From assembly GCA_024679065.1 (NCBI GenBank), contig JAGIQG010000004.1, positions 31,558,001 through 31,622,000 of the forward strand: DNA of 64,000 nt, written 5' to 3'. The DNA is from Sphyrna mokarran (Eukaryota). A program made the translations under genes and the position numbers. Below, in pieces: positions 26,711 through 39,780 of this stretch (positions within the stretch are counted from its first letter, which is position 1; each line of letters opens with the position of its first letter). The notes under the pieces were generated by a model. That model was given only the letters and a program-made list of their open reading frames with translations. It searched no databases and was not told the origin of the DNA.

Positions 26711-26824
26711 CTCTTCTTTTACAGCAGAGTTGCCTGTGGTGCCACAAGCCTGGCTCTGACTGCACTCCTTTGAGGAATTAATGCTTTCACCAATATCAAA
26801 ATGGAAAACTGATTTCTGAGCAGG

Positions 26825-27104
26825 ACAAATACATTGAATTCCATGGCAACCTGCTCCCAATCTTTGCAAAATGTACGTTGGAGGAATTTTTGCCCCCTGC
26901 AAACATTTTGAGTGGGATTCTACCTCGCTCTTCCTGAAACCTCAAAATCCCATCCAAGGTTAATGGACCTTCCCATTGTCCACCCCTCACCCACTCCGAT
27001 TATCGTAGTGAGTGGGACAGTAAAACTCTGGTGTGTGGGTAGGACTTTACGGCCTTGCTTGTCTCAAAATAGTAAAATCCCAAGGGAGGTCAACGGTGTT
27101 TTCC
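26825..27104. repeat. Diverged copy of 27555-27840 (unique flank plus 1.6 MITE units) inside CR1 ORF1
   Basis: Collinear match from TACATTGAAT.CCATGGCAA to GAGGTCAAC.GTGTTTTCC. Confidence 0.85.
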
Positions 27105-27641
27105 TGCACTACCTGCCGAGTTTTCTTGGACTGCCTGGCAGTCACCATTCTCTTTCTGCTTCCAGGCTCTAAGGCTGCGGTGTGACCACCTCTCTGAAGG
27201 CATTTCCCTCATAGCTCTCAGCTTCACGGATATGCTAAAATGACTCCAGCTGCAAAACCCAATATTTAGAAAAGAAAGGATTCCACTGGCTTATTTTTGC
27301 AGCTTTATCAACTTGTCTTCCCACTTTGAAAGGTTTGTGTATCTGAATATCTCAGTGTCTCTGTTCCTTGATTTCTTCTGTGATGTTACCATGCCTTTCA
27401 GGGATGTATTTACATCATTGTTCTTGTGAAGGATGTGTTAAACATCAACTCTGTTTACATGGTGCCAATCTGTCTGCTCCAGGCAGCCCACATACTGAGA
27501 ATGGAGAAGAACAATTGAATATTTCCCAGCACGAAAGCCAAGTAATGAGGACCAGAAAATGTACATTGAATACCATGGCAAGCTGCTCCCAATTTCTGCA
27601 AAATGTATGTTGGACGACTTCTTGCCCCCTGCAGACACATT

Positions 27642-27898
27642 GGGTGGGATTCTATGGCCTTGCACTTCCTGAAACTCCAAAATCCCACCCAAGGTCAATG
27701 GACCTTCCTATTGTCCACCCCTTGCCTACTCTGATTCCTGTAGCAGGTGGGGCAGTAAAATTGTGGTATGTGGGTGGGACTTTATGGCCTTGCTCATTTC
27801 AAAACCGTAAAATCCCGTCTGAGGTCAACTGTGTTTTCCATTGTCCGCCCCTTGCCAGCTACAATCCCCCAGGTCGGCAAGGCAGTAAAATTCCTGCC
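27642..27898. mobile_element. Head-to-tail MITE dimer
   Basis: Two units related to 602-721, separated by TGT; the dimer is flanked by ATT/ATT. Confidence 0.7.
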
Positions 27899-28289
27899 AT
27901 TGTCTCCGTCCTTCTTTCCACCTACATCTAAAGATCTTAAGGTTTCCAATGCTGCATCGGAATAACCTGGAACTCTCACTTGATCTATTGCTCCATTGTT
28001 CTTCTGTCCTTCCTATGTGAAACAGATTCAGAAACAGTTCTAATACCTGTTGCAGCATAATGCTCTTCCCCCAGAAGTTGGCTTTATGAAGTGCAGACTA
28101 GCGTTAACTCCTGTTGAAGTTGAACATGAACTCGAGCCACTTGCTGTGCATGCATGGACCCAACATGAAGATGAGCAACAGCATAAAGTTTGTGTGTTGC
28201 CTGCATCAACTTGATCGGGCGCAGGATAATCACACATCCTGATCTCTATGTCCAAAAATAGGCCATATCCAATTTTTGGTCCCAATTTA

Positions 28290-28720
28290 ATTTTATCAGC
28301 AAACTTCTTACACATTTCATCCAGAACCTTGTGAAAGTTTACGTGGCAAAACATCCATCACATTTCTTTGATTGATATATTCAATTATTTTCTTAAAGGA
28401 TTCTATCAAATGTTAGAAATGACTCACTATTGATCAATTTGTGTTGGCTATTTTTTATCAACCATTGTCGCTCGAGGTGAGTGTGTTATTTGATGGTATG
28501 TCCTGAAATACATATCCACTACCAACATTAGGCTGACTGCTCTATAGTTACCTGATGCATTTCTTTCTTTCTTTTGAACAGAGGTAATCTTTCAATCTGC
28601 TGCCATAAATTTCTTCTCCAAGGATGCTTGAAAGATTGTGATCAGACGCTCTGTACTTCCTGTCTGCCATCTATGAGCATTCCGGGATGTACACCATGAG
28701 AGCCCAGTGCATCGTTTTCT
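28290..28720 (-). mobile_element. Very old CR1-like RT fragment
   Basis: Minus strand KFADKIKLG and GNYRAVSL-like remnants. Confidence 0.45.
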
Positions 28721-31700
28721 TCAGTATTGCTTCCTTATCTAGTTATCACATCTAATTACTCTGACACCTCCTTCCCTATTTTTCCAATGTCATACACCTC
28801 TGTGCAAATAAAGGCTAAGTGCTCACGTAAGATCTCTACCATTCATTTATCCACTATATGTTTTCATTTTTATCTTCAACTAGAGTTAGCTCTGATCTTT
28901 ACACTTTTTGTGTAATATTAATAGAACAGTGGTTATGAAAGCTGACTAGTAGGTGGCAGAGCTGTGTAAACCAATGGGAAATTCAAGAAAAACATTTATC
29001 CAACTTTTTCTGTTTTTATTATGTGGATAGTTGAATGGAATGAAAATAATGGTGTCAGGGGAGAGACAAAGAGAAACCTATTTGCAGAAGCTGGAGGATG
29101 GATAAGGGGGCAAGACATTGTAGGAGTTAACCAAAGTAACAAGGGATGAGAATTGAACTGTAACTCTGAGAAATGAGCAAGGGGAACTTTGAGAGTCTAG
29201 AGTTAAAGGAGGGCAGTAATTATACTTTCAAGGTAATTAATTGGCTGTAAAGTGCTTAGTGACATTGAGGAATTGGTAAAGTACTGCTGTGATGAACATG
29301 ATGTATTTCTGTCCCTGTTTCAATTCAAAGGCTATCAGTCTATTGGCTGAAAAGTGTTGCCAACTACCATCTCCATCTGAAGATGTTTCTCCTGGAAAGC
29401 ATTTGGCATCAAGTCAATTTTTAACTTACTGCTTTACATCAATGATTTCAGCTCAGAGCAAGATCTCTGAACCAATGTCTCCAACATTTTCCCATTGAAT
29501 TGTCAAACAATTGTTTGTTTAGATAAAATTTTGATTAGTGATTTGTGCTTGCTATTTCACAATCTCAAATTGCAACATCTTGTCACTTTCCACTGTCGCT
29601 GAACCATCAATTATCCTGCATGGTTCTCTTAAAATATCATCCATTCCAACTTTGCTTGGCTCTCAAGATCTTCCCTTGCCTCGTAGAGTACTCTTTAAGA
29701 TTTCCAGCTAACCATCCCCACAAAGTGACCAAATCCTTGGGTTCTTCTCATCTTTAGTAATAGTTCAGTTGAAAAGTCCATGACACTCACCAGTTCTACT
29801 ACATCCTGAATCTCATTGTTGCCAATTTATAGAAGATGTTCCACATGTCTATCCTCTGTTGCTTTTTACTTGCCTTTTATCTTCTTGATGCTTTCTCTGA
29901 CTTTCCCAGCTTCTACCTTTCAACTTCTGATTTTCTCTTTCTTCTGGCTTTATAAAATTAAAGCCTTCAGGTCCAAGAAGATGAGTGTCATATGCATGTT
30001 CATGGTGCACTGGAAGTATGGCAAATTGATTTGGGCTTTTTCCTGGACTTGCAGCCTTGTTACCAGATTTAAACAAGTGCCTAACATCCACTGTAGAATG
30101 TCTTTTGTGATATTACAGCAGTGTGAGTTGTATGGACGCTGTCAGGGGCATCTCCATTGAGGTGCATACTACTCTGTGTTCATACAGCTGACCACTCACT
30201 CCCTGTTCGGTAGAAACATCAACATGCTCTTCACGAAGCCCTGGTACCAATTGGAGATGGACTTTTCATGCTCTGACTCACTTCAGATAAGCTCGTTGGC
30301 AGCCAGCTGAGTGCACCTAACATCTCCTGGGTAGATTCCCATCAGGCTTCCTCAGTAACCTGACTTCTTGCAGCTTTCAGCAGCAACATTAGCATGTAAC
30401 TTAATTCTCCAGTAAGCTGGAAACATGCAACATTCTATCTTCTCGTCATTGTTCCTGCACACAGCCGCTGGTAATATACGCAGAGGCAGCCTCTAAGCTG
30501 GAACTTACGAGGGAGAGTTTGAGTGAGGCTGCACCTTTAGGAAAGATTGCCTCCTCTTCCTCTAATGGCAATACTGTTTCCACATCTTCCACAACTAGAC
30601 TGAAGGCAAGCCAAGGTGTCTTAGTGTGAAACAGAGCAGATGGAGAAGTGGTTGATGAAAACAGCTGAAGTTTGTCTTGCAGATTATATAGGATAAGTGA
30701 GAAGTAGGAAAGGAAAGAGGTAAAGGTGTGAAGAATGCCTACGCAAACAGCTCCTTCATCAATACGCTTGAGCATGTTTTTGTCTACCGAGAACAGAGTG
30801 TTCAGATGGACTCGATCTCATGCAATTGTGGCTTCTTCTCGCAAGTTATGTGCGACTATGTAGTTCACAAAAGCATGTTAGTGACATCTTTGTGAGATGT
30901 TGAATGTTGCCTGTTGAAATAAAATTAACAGGAAACGGGGGTGTGGGGGGGACCTGAAATAAAACATTTCAGTGTTTTACTTCTGTAAATGGTACTGAAC
31001 CATCCTGAGAATTGGGCACACTGTACTTGTTCAGATTACACAATGTACATCCCAACTAACCAAATCCTGCTCTGGGTAGTGATATCCATCCCATAACAAG
31101 GTTCTGGACCGGTGAAGGACAAAACTTTAATGAAGGCATCCCAAGACACAAAATAGAAATCAATTTTAAAAAATAGAATTGTTATTATGAAACATGATGT
31201 TTTAAAACAATTTTATTTATTTGAATACTTATATTAATAAATGACTGGAGCCAATGGTGGATGAGGTTTTTCTGAATGGATTTGGATGATTGTAGGGTAG
31301 AGATTAGGAACCATTACCTAGTGGTACGACAAGCAATCCTGATTGCTTTGTTTCCAAACTTTATATCTTACATCTTCAAATATTGCAATTACTGCATCAT
31401 TTTATTTTCATTTAACAATGACATTCACATTGAGCTTGACGTTATAATAAGCAGTGGCACAGATTGCAGATAAATATTAACATTTGATCATTTGTGAAAA
31501 ATTAATGTTGCAGTCCATATAATCATTTAACCAACTCAGTCACTTCTATGTGGTACACCACAAAGAATGAATTTACATATGCAAAAATGTTACCTACAAT
31601 ATGTATTTCCTCCATTAGTGGTGCTATTGCACTTGCTTTCTTCATTTTTGGGAACTTACCAAGGACCTTTTCTGCTTTTCAAGCTTAGTCTACAGAGCAC

Positions 31701-31740
31701 CAAATCTACAAGTTTTTTAACTTTTAACTGTAGAAGCAAT

Positions 31741-32065
31741 TTTTTTTATTCATTCATAGGAAATGGGCATCACTGGCTGGCCAGGATTTATTGCCCTTCC
31801 CTAGTTGCCCTTGAGAGCCAACCATATTATTGTGGTCCTGGAGTCATATATAGGTCACATCAGGTTAGTATGGCAGATTTCTTTCCCTGGAGGACTTTAG
31901 TGAACCAGATGGGCTTTTCCGACTCAGGGCAAAGATTTTATGGTCATTCTTAATTTCAGATTTTTTTTATTGAATTCAAATTCTGCTGTGGCAGAATTTG
32001 TTCCCACTACATTAATTGAGTTTCTGGATTAATAGTTAGCGATAATACCACCAGGCCATCACTCC
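31741..32065 (-). mobile_element. Meta-domain-like SINE
   Basis: Full-length match to 930-1315. Confidence 0.7.
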
Positions 32066-32989
32066 TTATTTCTGCAATTTATTTTGACCCTTTTGCCTCT
32101 GGTTCTCTTGCTGTTAAATAAATAATTAAATTGGACTTCTGAAAGGGGAAAAAAAACATAGGTTCCAACCTTCACAACTTACACATCCAAGCACATCTTT
32201 TGTTGTTTTGCTCTCATATAGCGGATGTCGATATTTTGAATTGTGAAGTAACTTTCTGATTCTGTTTCTACTTCCTATTTGTTTTTGTCATTCTCATCCA
32301 AATTTAAATAAATAACCAAATATGCCTCCGTCTCATGGAATAAATAAATAAATGGTTTTTTTAAACAACAGGGAGAGGAGTAGTACATTCAGCCCCTTGC
32401 ATTGTTCTGATATTCATAAATTTGTACAAAACATTGATTTGGGAACAAGATGTTGGGCTACAAAGGCAACCTCAAGTGACTGGGGTGATTTTTCCTGGGG
32501 ATGTTATAGAAGATTTTACTTAGGGTAATGTTAAGAGAATTAGGAAAAACTGCTCATTTTCATTTCTTATCTAAACCTGATGCATTCAACAACTGATAAT
32601 GAAAACATTCAATCGATTGTGATCTGGAGGTGACACTTTTGGGACTTGTACCTCCAACATTCCAGCCACAGGCCATCTTCTGCATGACCTAACCATTCCA
32701 TTTCAGGTCAGAAGTGTTGCTTTGTCCAATTTTTCTACTACAATTATGTAGCTTGGCAGTATGACTTTACATTTTTAAGTTTGTTTCCTGTGAATCCATC
32801 TGGGAAATTCATGCCTGCAACCTCTTGGCTTTTTAAATATCTGTGCAAACCTACATTATTTTAAAACAACTAAATCTTTGTTTAATGCTGTTTCTTATTC
32901 AGTTTGATTCTTAATATTTAACCTGCATTGTGTGGTGAGACATGATGGTGCTGGTCATAATTCAGATTGAACATCCCATATGATTTTCA

Positions 32990-33470
32990 ATACATAAGTT
33001 CATAAGATATAGGAGCAAAATTAGGCCATTCAGCCTATCAAGTCTGCTCTGCCATTCAATCATGGCTGTTATGCTCAGCATCCCCCTTTTCCTATCTTCT
33101 CCCCATAACCCTTAAATACATTACCAATTAAAAATCTGCCTAACTCCTCCTTAAATTTACTCACTGTCCCAGCATCCACCACAGTTTGAGGTAGTAAATT
33201 CCACAAATTCACAACTCTTTGGAAGAACTAGTTTCTCCTCAATTCTTTTAAATTTGCTACTCCTTTTCCTAAGACTATGACTTCTCTCAAGAGGAAGCAC
33301 CCGCCTCACGCCTATCTTCTCCATACCTTTTATCATCTTATATACCTCAATCTGATGTCCCAAGATTCTTCTAAGTTTCAGAGCGTATAGGCCTAAACTG
33401 TTCAATCTCTCTTCATATGTCAAACCTCTCATTTCTGGAATCAATTGATGAATCTTCTCTGACCTTCCTC
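32990..33470 (-). mobile_element. CR1 LINE 3' fragment
   Basis: ORF 33157-33444 MIPEMRGLTYEERLNSLGLY..IEVYKMIKG; (CTTATGAA)-type tail. Confidence 0.85.
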
Positions 33471-33476
33471 CATTTA

Positions 33477-33777
33477 GGTAGCACAGCGGTTAGCACTGCT
33501 TCACAGCTCCAGGGACCTAGGTTTGATTCTTGGCTTGGGTCACTGTCTGTGTGGAGTTTACACATTCTCCTCATATCTGTGTGGGTTTCCTCTGAGTGCT
33601 CCACGTTTCCTCCCACACTCTAAAGATGTGCGGGTTAGGTTGATTGGCCATGTTAAAATTGCCCTTTAGTGTCCTGGGATGTGTAGGTTAGAGGGTAAAT
33701 GTGTAGGAATATGGCCTGTGTGGGATTGTGGTCAGTGCAGACGGGCCTATTTCCGCACTGTAGGGTCCTATGTTCTA
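33477..33777 (+). mobile_element. V-SINE type A
   Basis: Head, V-domain and CR1-like tail. Confidence 0.85.
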
Positions 33778-33784
33778 AAACTGT

Positions 33785-35030
33785 AGTATGGCTGAAATTG
33801 AAAGGAAAAATCTGCAGGGCAGTTGTGAGATCAGCCTTGTTATATAGTTTAGAAACCTGGGGAACAGTAAGAGGAGAGCAATAATGACTGGTATTCATAA
33901 AAAACTAGGTGACCAACAGGGGAGAAAATGAGAATTTCCTGTCCATTCTTTGGGTGTACTTACCTGAACGAATCTCCTGTGCTCTGTGATGCACAGTGCC
34001 TCAGAGAGATTCACGCTGTAAAATGGGCACAGAGCCTTGTCCAACCCGAGAAGCTGGTAGAATAGTGATGAGCAGTCTACTGCTCATGTGCCAATCTGTC
34101 CTTATCTGACCCCCCATGTCCCCTCCCATTGCCAGCCTCCCAATCACTGGCCCCCCGTTTATCCCCGAACACAGCCTGATTGCTGGGTGCCCCATCCCGA
34201 TTACTGGCCTTCCAACATCACCGCCCTGACCAGGGCCCTCCCCCCGCCACCGATCACTGGTTTACCGGACCTCTGTGAGGCAGCTCTGATCTTTCCCGGG
34301 GAGATGGCCAGCCCCAATCCATCTCTGTCCCCTATTCTGCCACTCCCTCCATGGCCAGTCCCGATCCCCTCCTCCCCTTCTCTGACCCACCGATCCTATT
34401 GCAGATTGGCAGCAGATCCCCACCCCACTACCGACCACTCCTCTCAATAAGCCCTATCTCTTTTGGCCCCACCCCATTGACAGTCCTGTGTGTAGTGCCT
34501 GATGGTCAGTGTCAGTGAGCCAGGCTGACAACTCCCTTGCTTCTGAGTTGATTACAGTGAAAAAAAGGGGCCTGGGAGACTTGCAATCAGCCAGATACTG
34601 ATCACAAATTCTGTTATAGTCCCCCCCTATCCTCCCCCTTGCCCCTGGCCAATGGCTAGATACTAATAAGATGTGGACACTGAGCTGGATGTGTGGAGTA
34701 ATGAGGAAGGACAAAATCAGGAATCAGCATGTCAGGGGATCAGTGAAGATGGACGCAGCATTGAAGGAAGTGAGATCAAAATAGCATCTGTTGTGGAGAG
34801 AGAGAGAGAGAGAGAGAAAGAAATGGAGGGAGGAGGGTGATAGAGATTGGATGGCCAGGAAGATGGAGAAGAAGAAGGTCTAAGGCCAGAAGTAGCGATG
34901 CAGCAGTGAGAGGTTTAAACAAAACGGAATTGGTAGATCAATGGATACTGACACAAGTACATAAGGAAGGGTGATCAACCGGCATTGCGTCTACCCTGTG
35001 TAAATCAGGGAAACCAATAAAAAGAAGTGC
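33785..35030 (+). mobile_element. RTE-clade LINE 3' fragment, split by a GC-rich insertion (~33900-34660)
   Basis: KLKGKICRAVVRSALLYSLETW, then LSWMCGVMRKDKIRNQHVRGSVK: RTE C-terminal motifs. Confidence 0.7.
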
Positions 35031-35079
35031 AGTAATGCAAATCAAAAGACAAACTCCAGGTTTGGGATCCTGATATCAC

Positions 35080-35960
35080 GACCCTTCTAGGTCTCAATTC
35101 CACTTGGCATCACTGCTGGATATCTGTCTGTATTTTAACAAGCCACTCATTTCCTTTGGCATGGCACCTTCAATGAAGGCATCATGACAGCTGTCAGGAG
35201 AACTTGCATACACCAGCAAGAATCAATTGTGTTGTTTGCACATCAGCTGGGCATTGAGGGAATGCTACAACTTCCTATTGATTTATGCCACTGGCTGCTC
35301 TGCTGTGTCTTGATAGTCACATAGGTACAGTCACTCATACCTGCACCTAATGAAATCCTCCAACGAAGAAATTCCCGCCTTCCTCTGGATGAGAGTAGAC
35401 TTATCAATCTGGATGTCAAACTGTTCCGATGCCCTGTTATACAATCCCTCAGCTGACTAATGCTATGATGGGCAACCATTAAGAGATGCCACAAATGTCT
35501 GCTGCCAGCTCTTGAAGCAATTCAGAGACAAAGATATTCAAAACCACTAGAACTAGGAGAACAGATTTAGGGTGAGTGAAGGAGGAACTTTTTCACCAAA
35601 GGGTTGTGAATCTATGGAATTCCCTGCCCAGTAAAGCTATGGAAAGTACCACACTGAATGTTTTTAAGGCAAGGATTCATAAATTTTTGAACAGTAAAGA
35701 AATTGAGGATTATGGTGAACAGGCAGATAAGTGGAGCTGAGTCCACAAAAAGAACAACCATGATCTTATTGAATGATAGAGCAGGCTCGAGGGGCCAGAT
35801 GGCCTACTGCTGCTTCTAGTTCTTATGTAAACCACTGCCACATTCATGGTCATTGGCAACGCGTACTCTTGTTACTGATGAATATTTCCTTCCCTGAGAA
35901 CATGCCTCACAATCTCTTGTGTCACTAATGCTGAGTTTTTAATGCTATACCCAATTCCTC
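35080..35960 (-). pseudogene. PIF/Harbinger (HARBI1-like) DDE transposase fossil
   Basis: Minus strand, across stops and frameshifts: LNIFVSELLQELAADICG..DCTYVTIK..INRKL*HSLNAQLMC..PDSCHDAFI, matching the DCTH, NRKG.HS.N.Q and G..HD motifs. Confidence 0.75.
35545..35830 (+). mobile_element. CR1 3' end inserted in the transposase fossil
   Basis: RNFF..RVVNLWNSLP-type remnant plus tail GCAGGCTCGAGGGGCCAGATGGCCTACTGC. Confidence 0.8.
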
Positions 35961-36264
35961 ATTCTCCTTTATTGATACTCACTGTCACCCCTGAGATGCT
36001 GATCCCCATGCCCAGGGATGGCTTTACCACCAATGGGTGCAAATGACTCCCAGGATCTCACTGATGTGGTTCACTAATCCCTGAAGGTACAAGCCCTAAC
36101 AATAGCCTCAGTGCCTCTATCTGAAATACCATGTGAGCTGTGCCACTGTGTGTCAATGCACAAGTTCCCCTCTCTTTACTGTACCACTTACACAGCATCA
36201 GCCTCAGAAATGGATGGCACCTCTCTGAATGGCTACGTAGTTTTCTCATTTCCTTGGACATGAT

Positions 36265-36728
36265 GCCGTTTGAGCTGATTCTTGGGATGGCAGATCTGTC
36301 ATATGAGGACAGACTGAGTCAGTTGGGATTATATTCACTGAAGTTTATATTCATAGAAACTTACAAAATTTTAACAGGATTAAACAGGGTCGATTCAGAT
36401 TGGATGTTCCTGATGGTGGGGGAAGCCCAGAACTAGTTTGAGGATAAGGAGTAAACCTTTTAGAACTGAGGTGAGGAGAAATTTCTTCACCCAGAGAGTA
36501 GTGAATGTGTGGAATTCACTACTACAGAAAGTAGACGAGGCCAAAACTTTGTGTGATTTCAAGGAATTAGATATAGCTCTTGGAGCTACAGAAAACAATG
36601 GATATGGGGGGAATGGCGGGGAAGGGGGGACAGATAATTGAATTTGATGATCAACCATGATCATAGTGATTGGCAGAGCAGGCTCGAAGGGCCAAATGGG
36701 CTGACTGCTGCTTCTAGTTTTTATGTAT
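36265..36728 (+). mobile_element. CR1 LINE 3' fragment
   Basis: MADLSYEDRLSQLGLYSL and RIRSKPFRTEVRRNFFTQRVVNVWNSL. Confidence 0.9.
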
Positions 36729-37667
36729 CACTTCAAAAATGTAAAGCAGCCTGCATAGACCTCAAGTAACTCGTTAACTGGCTGAATTGATTACCTGCCG
36801 CTTGTGGGTAGCCTTCCTTGACCCCTCCCTGAGGTGATGCCACCAAAATTGCTGGAAGGCAGGAATGTATTGAGAAACCAGGATGCCTGTCTACAAACCC
36901 ATCTCTGCCTTGAGAGATACAACCATTTCAAATTCTTCAAAACTATAAATGGTTCAAATTACTCACTAAGATGTATACCATTCATAAAGGATGCATGGTC
37001 TGCATTCGTAACATAAAATTCAGCTTGATTTAATAACTTTTCTCAATTGAAAATCAACTTTATTAACAGCAGGGGGAAATAATATTAATAGAACTTTAAA
37101 GTCTGATCAGACAGTTAAATGTAAATGATCACTCCAAGTAGGCTTTATTTTCTCAGTGAATCTTTTGACATATTGTAGGGGCTGTGACAGATAATTAATT
37201 TATTACTATTGGGTAGGAAATTGAGATTGATTCCCAGAAATGGTTGTCTATCCTATTATAAGTAAGGGAGAGAATCAACAGCGTTTAAACTAATGTAACC
37301 CTCCGTATGGGTTTGTTATTGAGGTACTTAAGGTAGTGATTCTGATAACATCTTTTGTTTCATTTAGGAATTAAAACAAAGCATTGTACTGCTAACTCCC
37401 CAGTAATTGCCGCAAAAAGCATGGCTCGATGGAACAATGCAGCATTAATTCTGCACTTTACTTAATTTCACAGCAAATCAGATCAGCCGATCATTAGTTC
37501 TGGATAAGCTTCGAGAGACAATAACATGAGATAAAATTAATATGCACATAGAAAATATGGGTTAATTAAGGAGAGCCAACATTGATTTCTAGCAGACGTG
37601 CACTGCCTGAAGAATTGAATCGAGTTCTTTCAGGAAATAACAGAGCGTATTGATGAAGATTTCTTGT

Positions 37668-38355
37668 TCATTTATTTGATTTATTATTGTCACATGTATT
37701 GGGATACAGTGAAAAATATTGTACAGCCAAAGCATACTGTTCACAGAGTACATAGGGGAGAAGGAAAGGAGAGGGTGCAGAATGTAATGTACAGTCATAC
37801 CTAGGTTGTAGAGAGAAGTCCATTCAAAAGTCTGATAGCAGTAAGAAAAACCTGTTCCTGATATGTGACCTCAGACTTTCGTATCTTTTTCTCATCAAAA
37901 GAAGTTGGAAGAGAATATATCTGGGGTGTGTAGGGTCCTTGATTATGCTGCCAGTTTTTCTGAGGCAATGGGAAGCATAGACAGATTTAGTGACTAGAAG
38001 GTAGGTTTGCCTGACAGACTGGACTACGTTCACAACCCTTTGTAGTTTCTTGTGGTCTTCGACAGAGCGGGAGTTGTGATACCACCAGAAAAAAGAATGC
38101 TTTCCATGGCACATTTGTAAAAGTTAGTGAAAGGGGTAGCAGTCACACCAAATTTCCTTAGCCCCCTGAGGAATTAGAAATGTTGTGCACTTTCTTAACT
38201 ATAGCATCAGCGTGGAGGTTCCAGAATGGGTTGCTGGTGATCTCACCATCTAGAAACCTGAAGCCCTCATCCATTTCCACTTCATCATTGTTGATGGAGA
38301 CTGGGGCATGTCCTCCACTATACTTCCTGAAGTAGATGACTATCTCCTTTACTGA
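37668..38355 (-). mobile_element. Rex1/Babar LINE 3' fragment
   Basis: KEIVIYFRK..HAPVSINNDEVEM..FRFL; DHKKLQRVVN..CLRKTGSIIKDPTHP..LFQLL..RYESL; tail ACATGTGACAATAATAAATCAAAT. Confidence 0.85.
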
Positions 38356-38983
38356 CACGTTTAAATATCTCTTTATGAGATATAGTCAACTGAGGCAATT
38401 TTCATTCGTGACTCAGCAGTAGTTATATTGAGAAGATGGTTATGACCATTCTCCTTGAATCAATGAAGTTTGTGTGCTGATGGGGCTCCCTCATGGTATT
38501 AATAATGAAGGGGGAGGACGGCAGGCAGATAGGTAGAAAAGGCAAGGATAAAGTCCTATTTGGTTGACTTGACACAGCACAGTCATTGTAATGTCCTCTT
38601 GATGCCACATTGTTTTTCGCATTTGATTTAAAACCGTGACACAATTTATTTATGGTCAATTTAGATGGAGTTTTGAAATGCAGAACTGACTGACCTCAGA
38701 GTGATTGAGGGGTCATGAATTCCAACCATTGTGGATGAGAAATTTCAGGATTTTGACACAATAATGAAGGATTATACGTACAAGTTAGGATAATATGTAA
38801 CTTGAGAGTGGAATGGTCAGGTAACTGTTCCACCAGAAATACAGCTGAATTGCTGCCCTCATCCTTCTGGGATATAGAGGTCACAAGGCTAGTTGCTGTC
38901 AAGCTAACCTTGGTGAATTTCTGCAGTATACTAGTGGTAGCCACATTTTTACATACTCTCTCTGGAGTCTTTGGTGTAATTAT

Positions 38984-39317
38984 ATAGAATCCCAACAGTG
39001 CAGAAGGAGGTCATCTGGGCCTATTGAGTCTGCACTGATTCTCCAACAGAGCATCTTACCCAGGCTCTTCTCCCTTAACTCCAATAATTTATCCCACTAA
39101 TTCTCACAGCCTACAGGACATTCAGGCGCAATTTAGCCTGGCCAGTCAAGCTGACCTGCACATCTTTGGTCTGTGAGAGGAAACCAGAGCATTCGAAAAA
39201 ATCCACGCAGAGGGAGAACATATAAATGGCACACAGACGGTCGCCCAAGGTGGAATTGAACCCAGAACCCTGGTGCTGTGAGCCAGATGTGCTAACCATT
39301 GTGCCACCATGCCTTCC
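38984..39317 (-). mobile_element. V-SINE type A
   Basis: Reverse-complement head, V-domain and tail. Confidence 0.85.
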
Positions 39318-39780
39318 CTATGTATTATGGATGCATGTTTATGTTTATTTATATGTATGTTTATTTATCTCATACATATTTGTTACATTATGTACATTAT
39401 TATAGCTTATATATAATTGAATTATATATTCTTATGCTTGGCTGAGACCCCAGAAATCCATTACACTTGTGTCCCAGGGAAAATATTCCTTGATTGATGG
39501 CCCTAGCTTACTGACTTCTGTTTCAAGCACACAATGTTTACTTACACCAGATTAAGTGGTGTCGAGTGTTTGTGATTTCTGTTATTGGTCATTTAAAACT
39601 TGAAGGTACCAGAGATGTGCATGCATTCTGCTCAGGGCAAAAGTGAAACTGAGACTTGATCACCTGACTCATTCCTTTCTAAAGATGTTATGCTGATAAT
39701 CTTTAAAGACATATTATTACAATCATCCTCTTAGATCATTACTTCTCATCGCTTGAGATCCCAGACTAACCTGACATATA

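Larger units (their letters stand above)
24050..27250 (-). mobile_element. Long decayed CR1 LINE (ORF1 to 3' end, internally deleted and interrupted)
   Basis: RT segment LIRDSQHGFVGGRSCITKLMEFFEE..FSRGFDKVP (24664-24948), ORF1 esterase segment, and 3' tail near 24060-24120. Confidence 0.8.

Noticed and set aside
27368-27931. 187-aa ORF with an internal repeat
   Set aside because: It is a read-through of the tandem MITE dimer; the same pseudo-peptide appears at 600-995 and 26912-27172.
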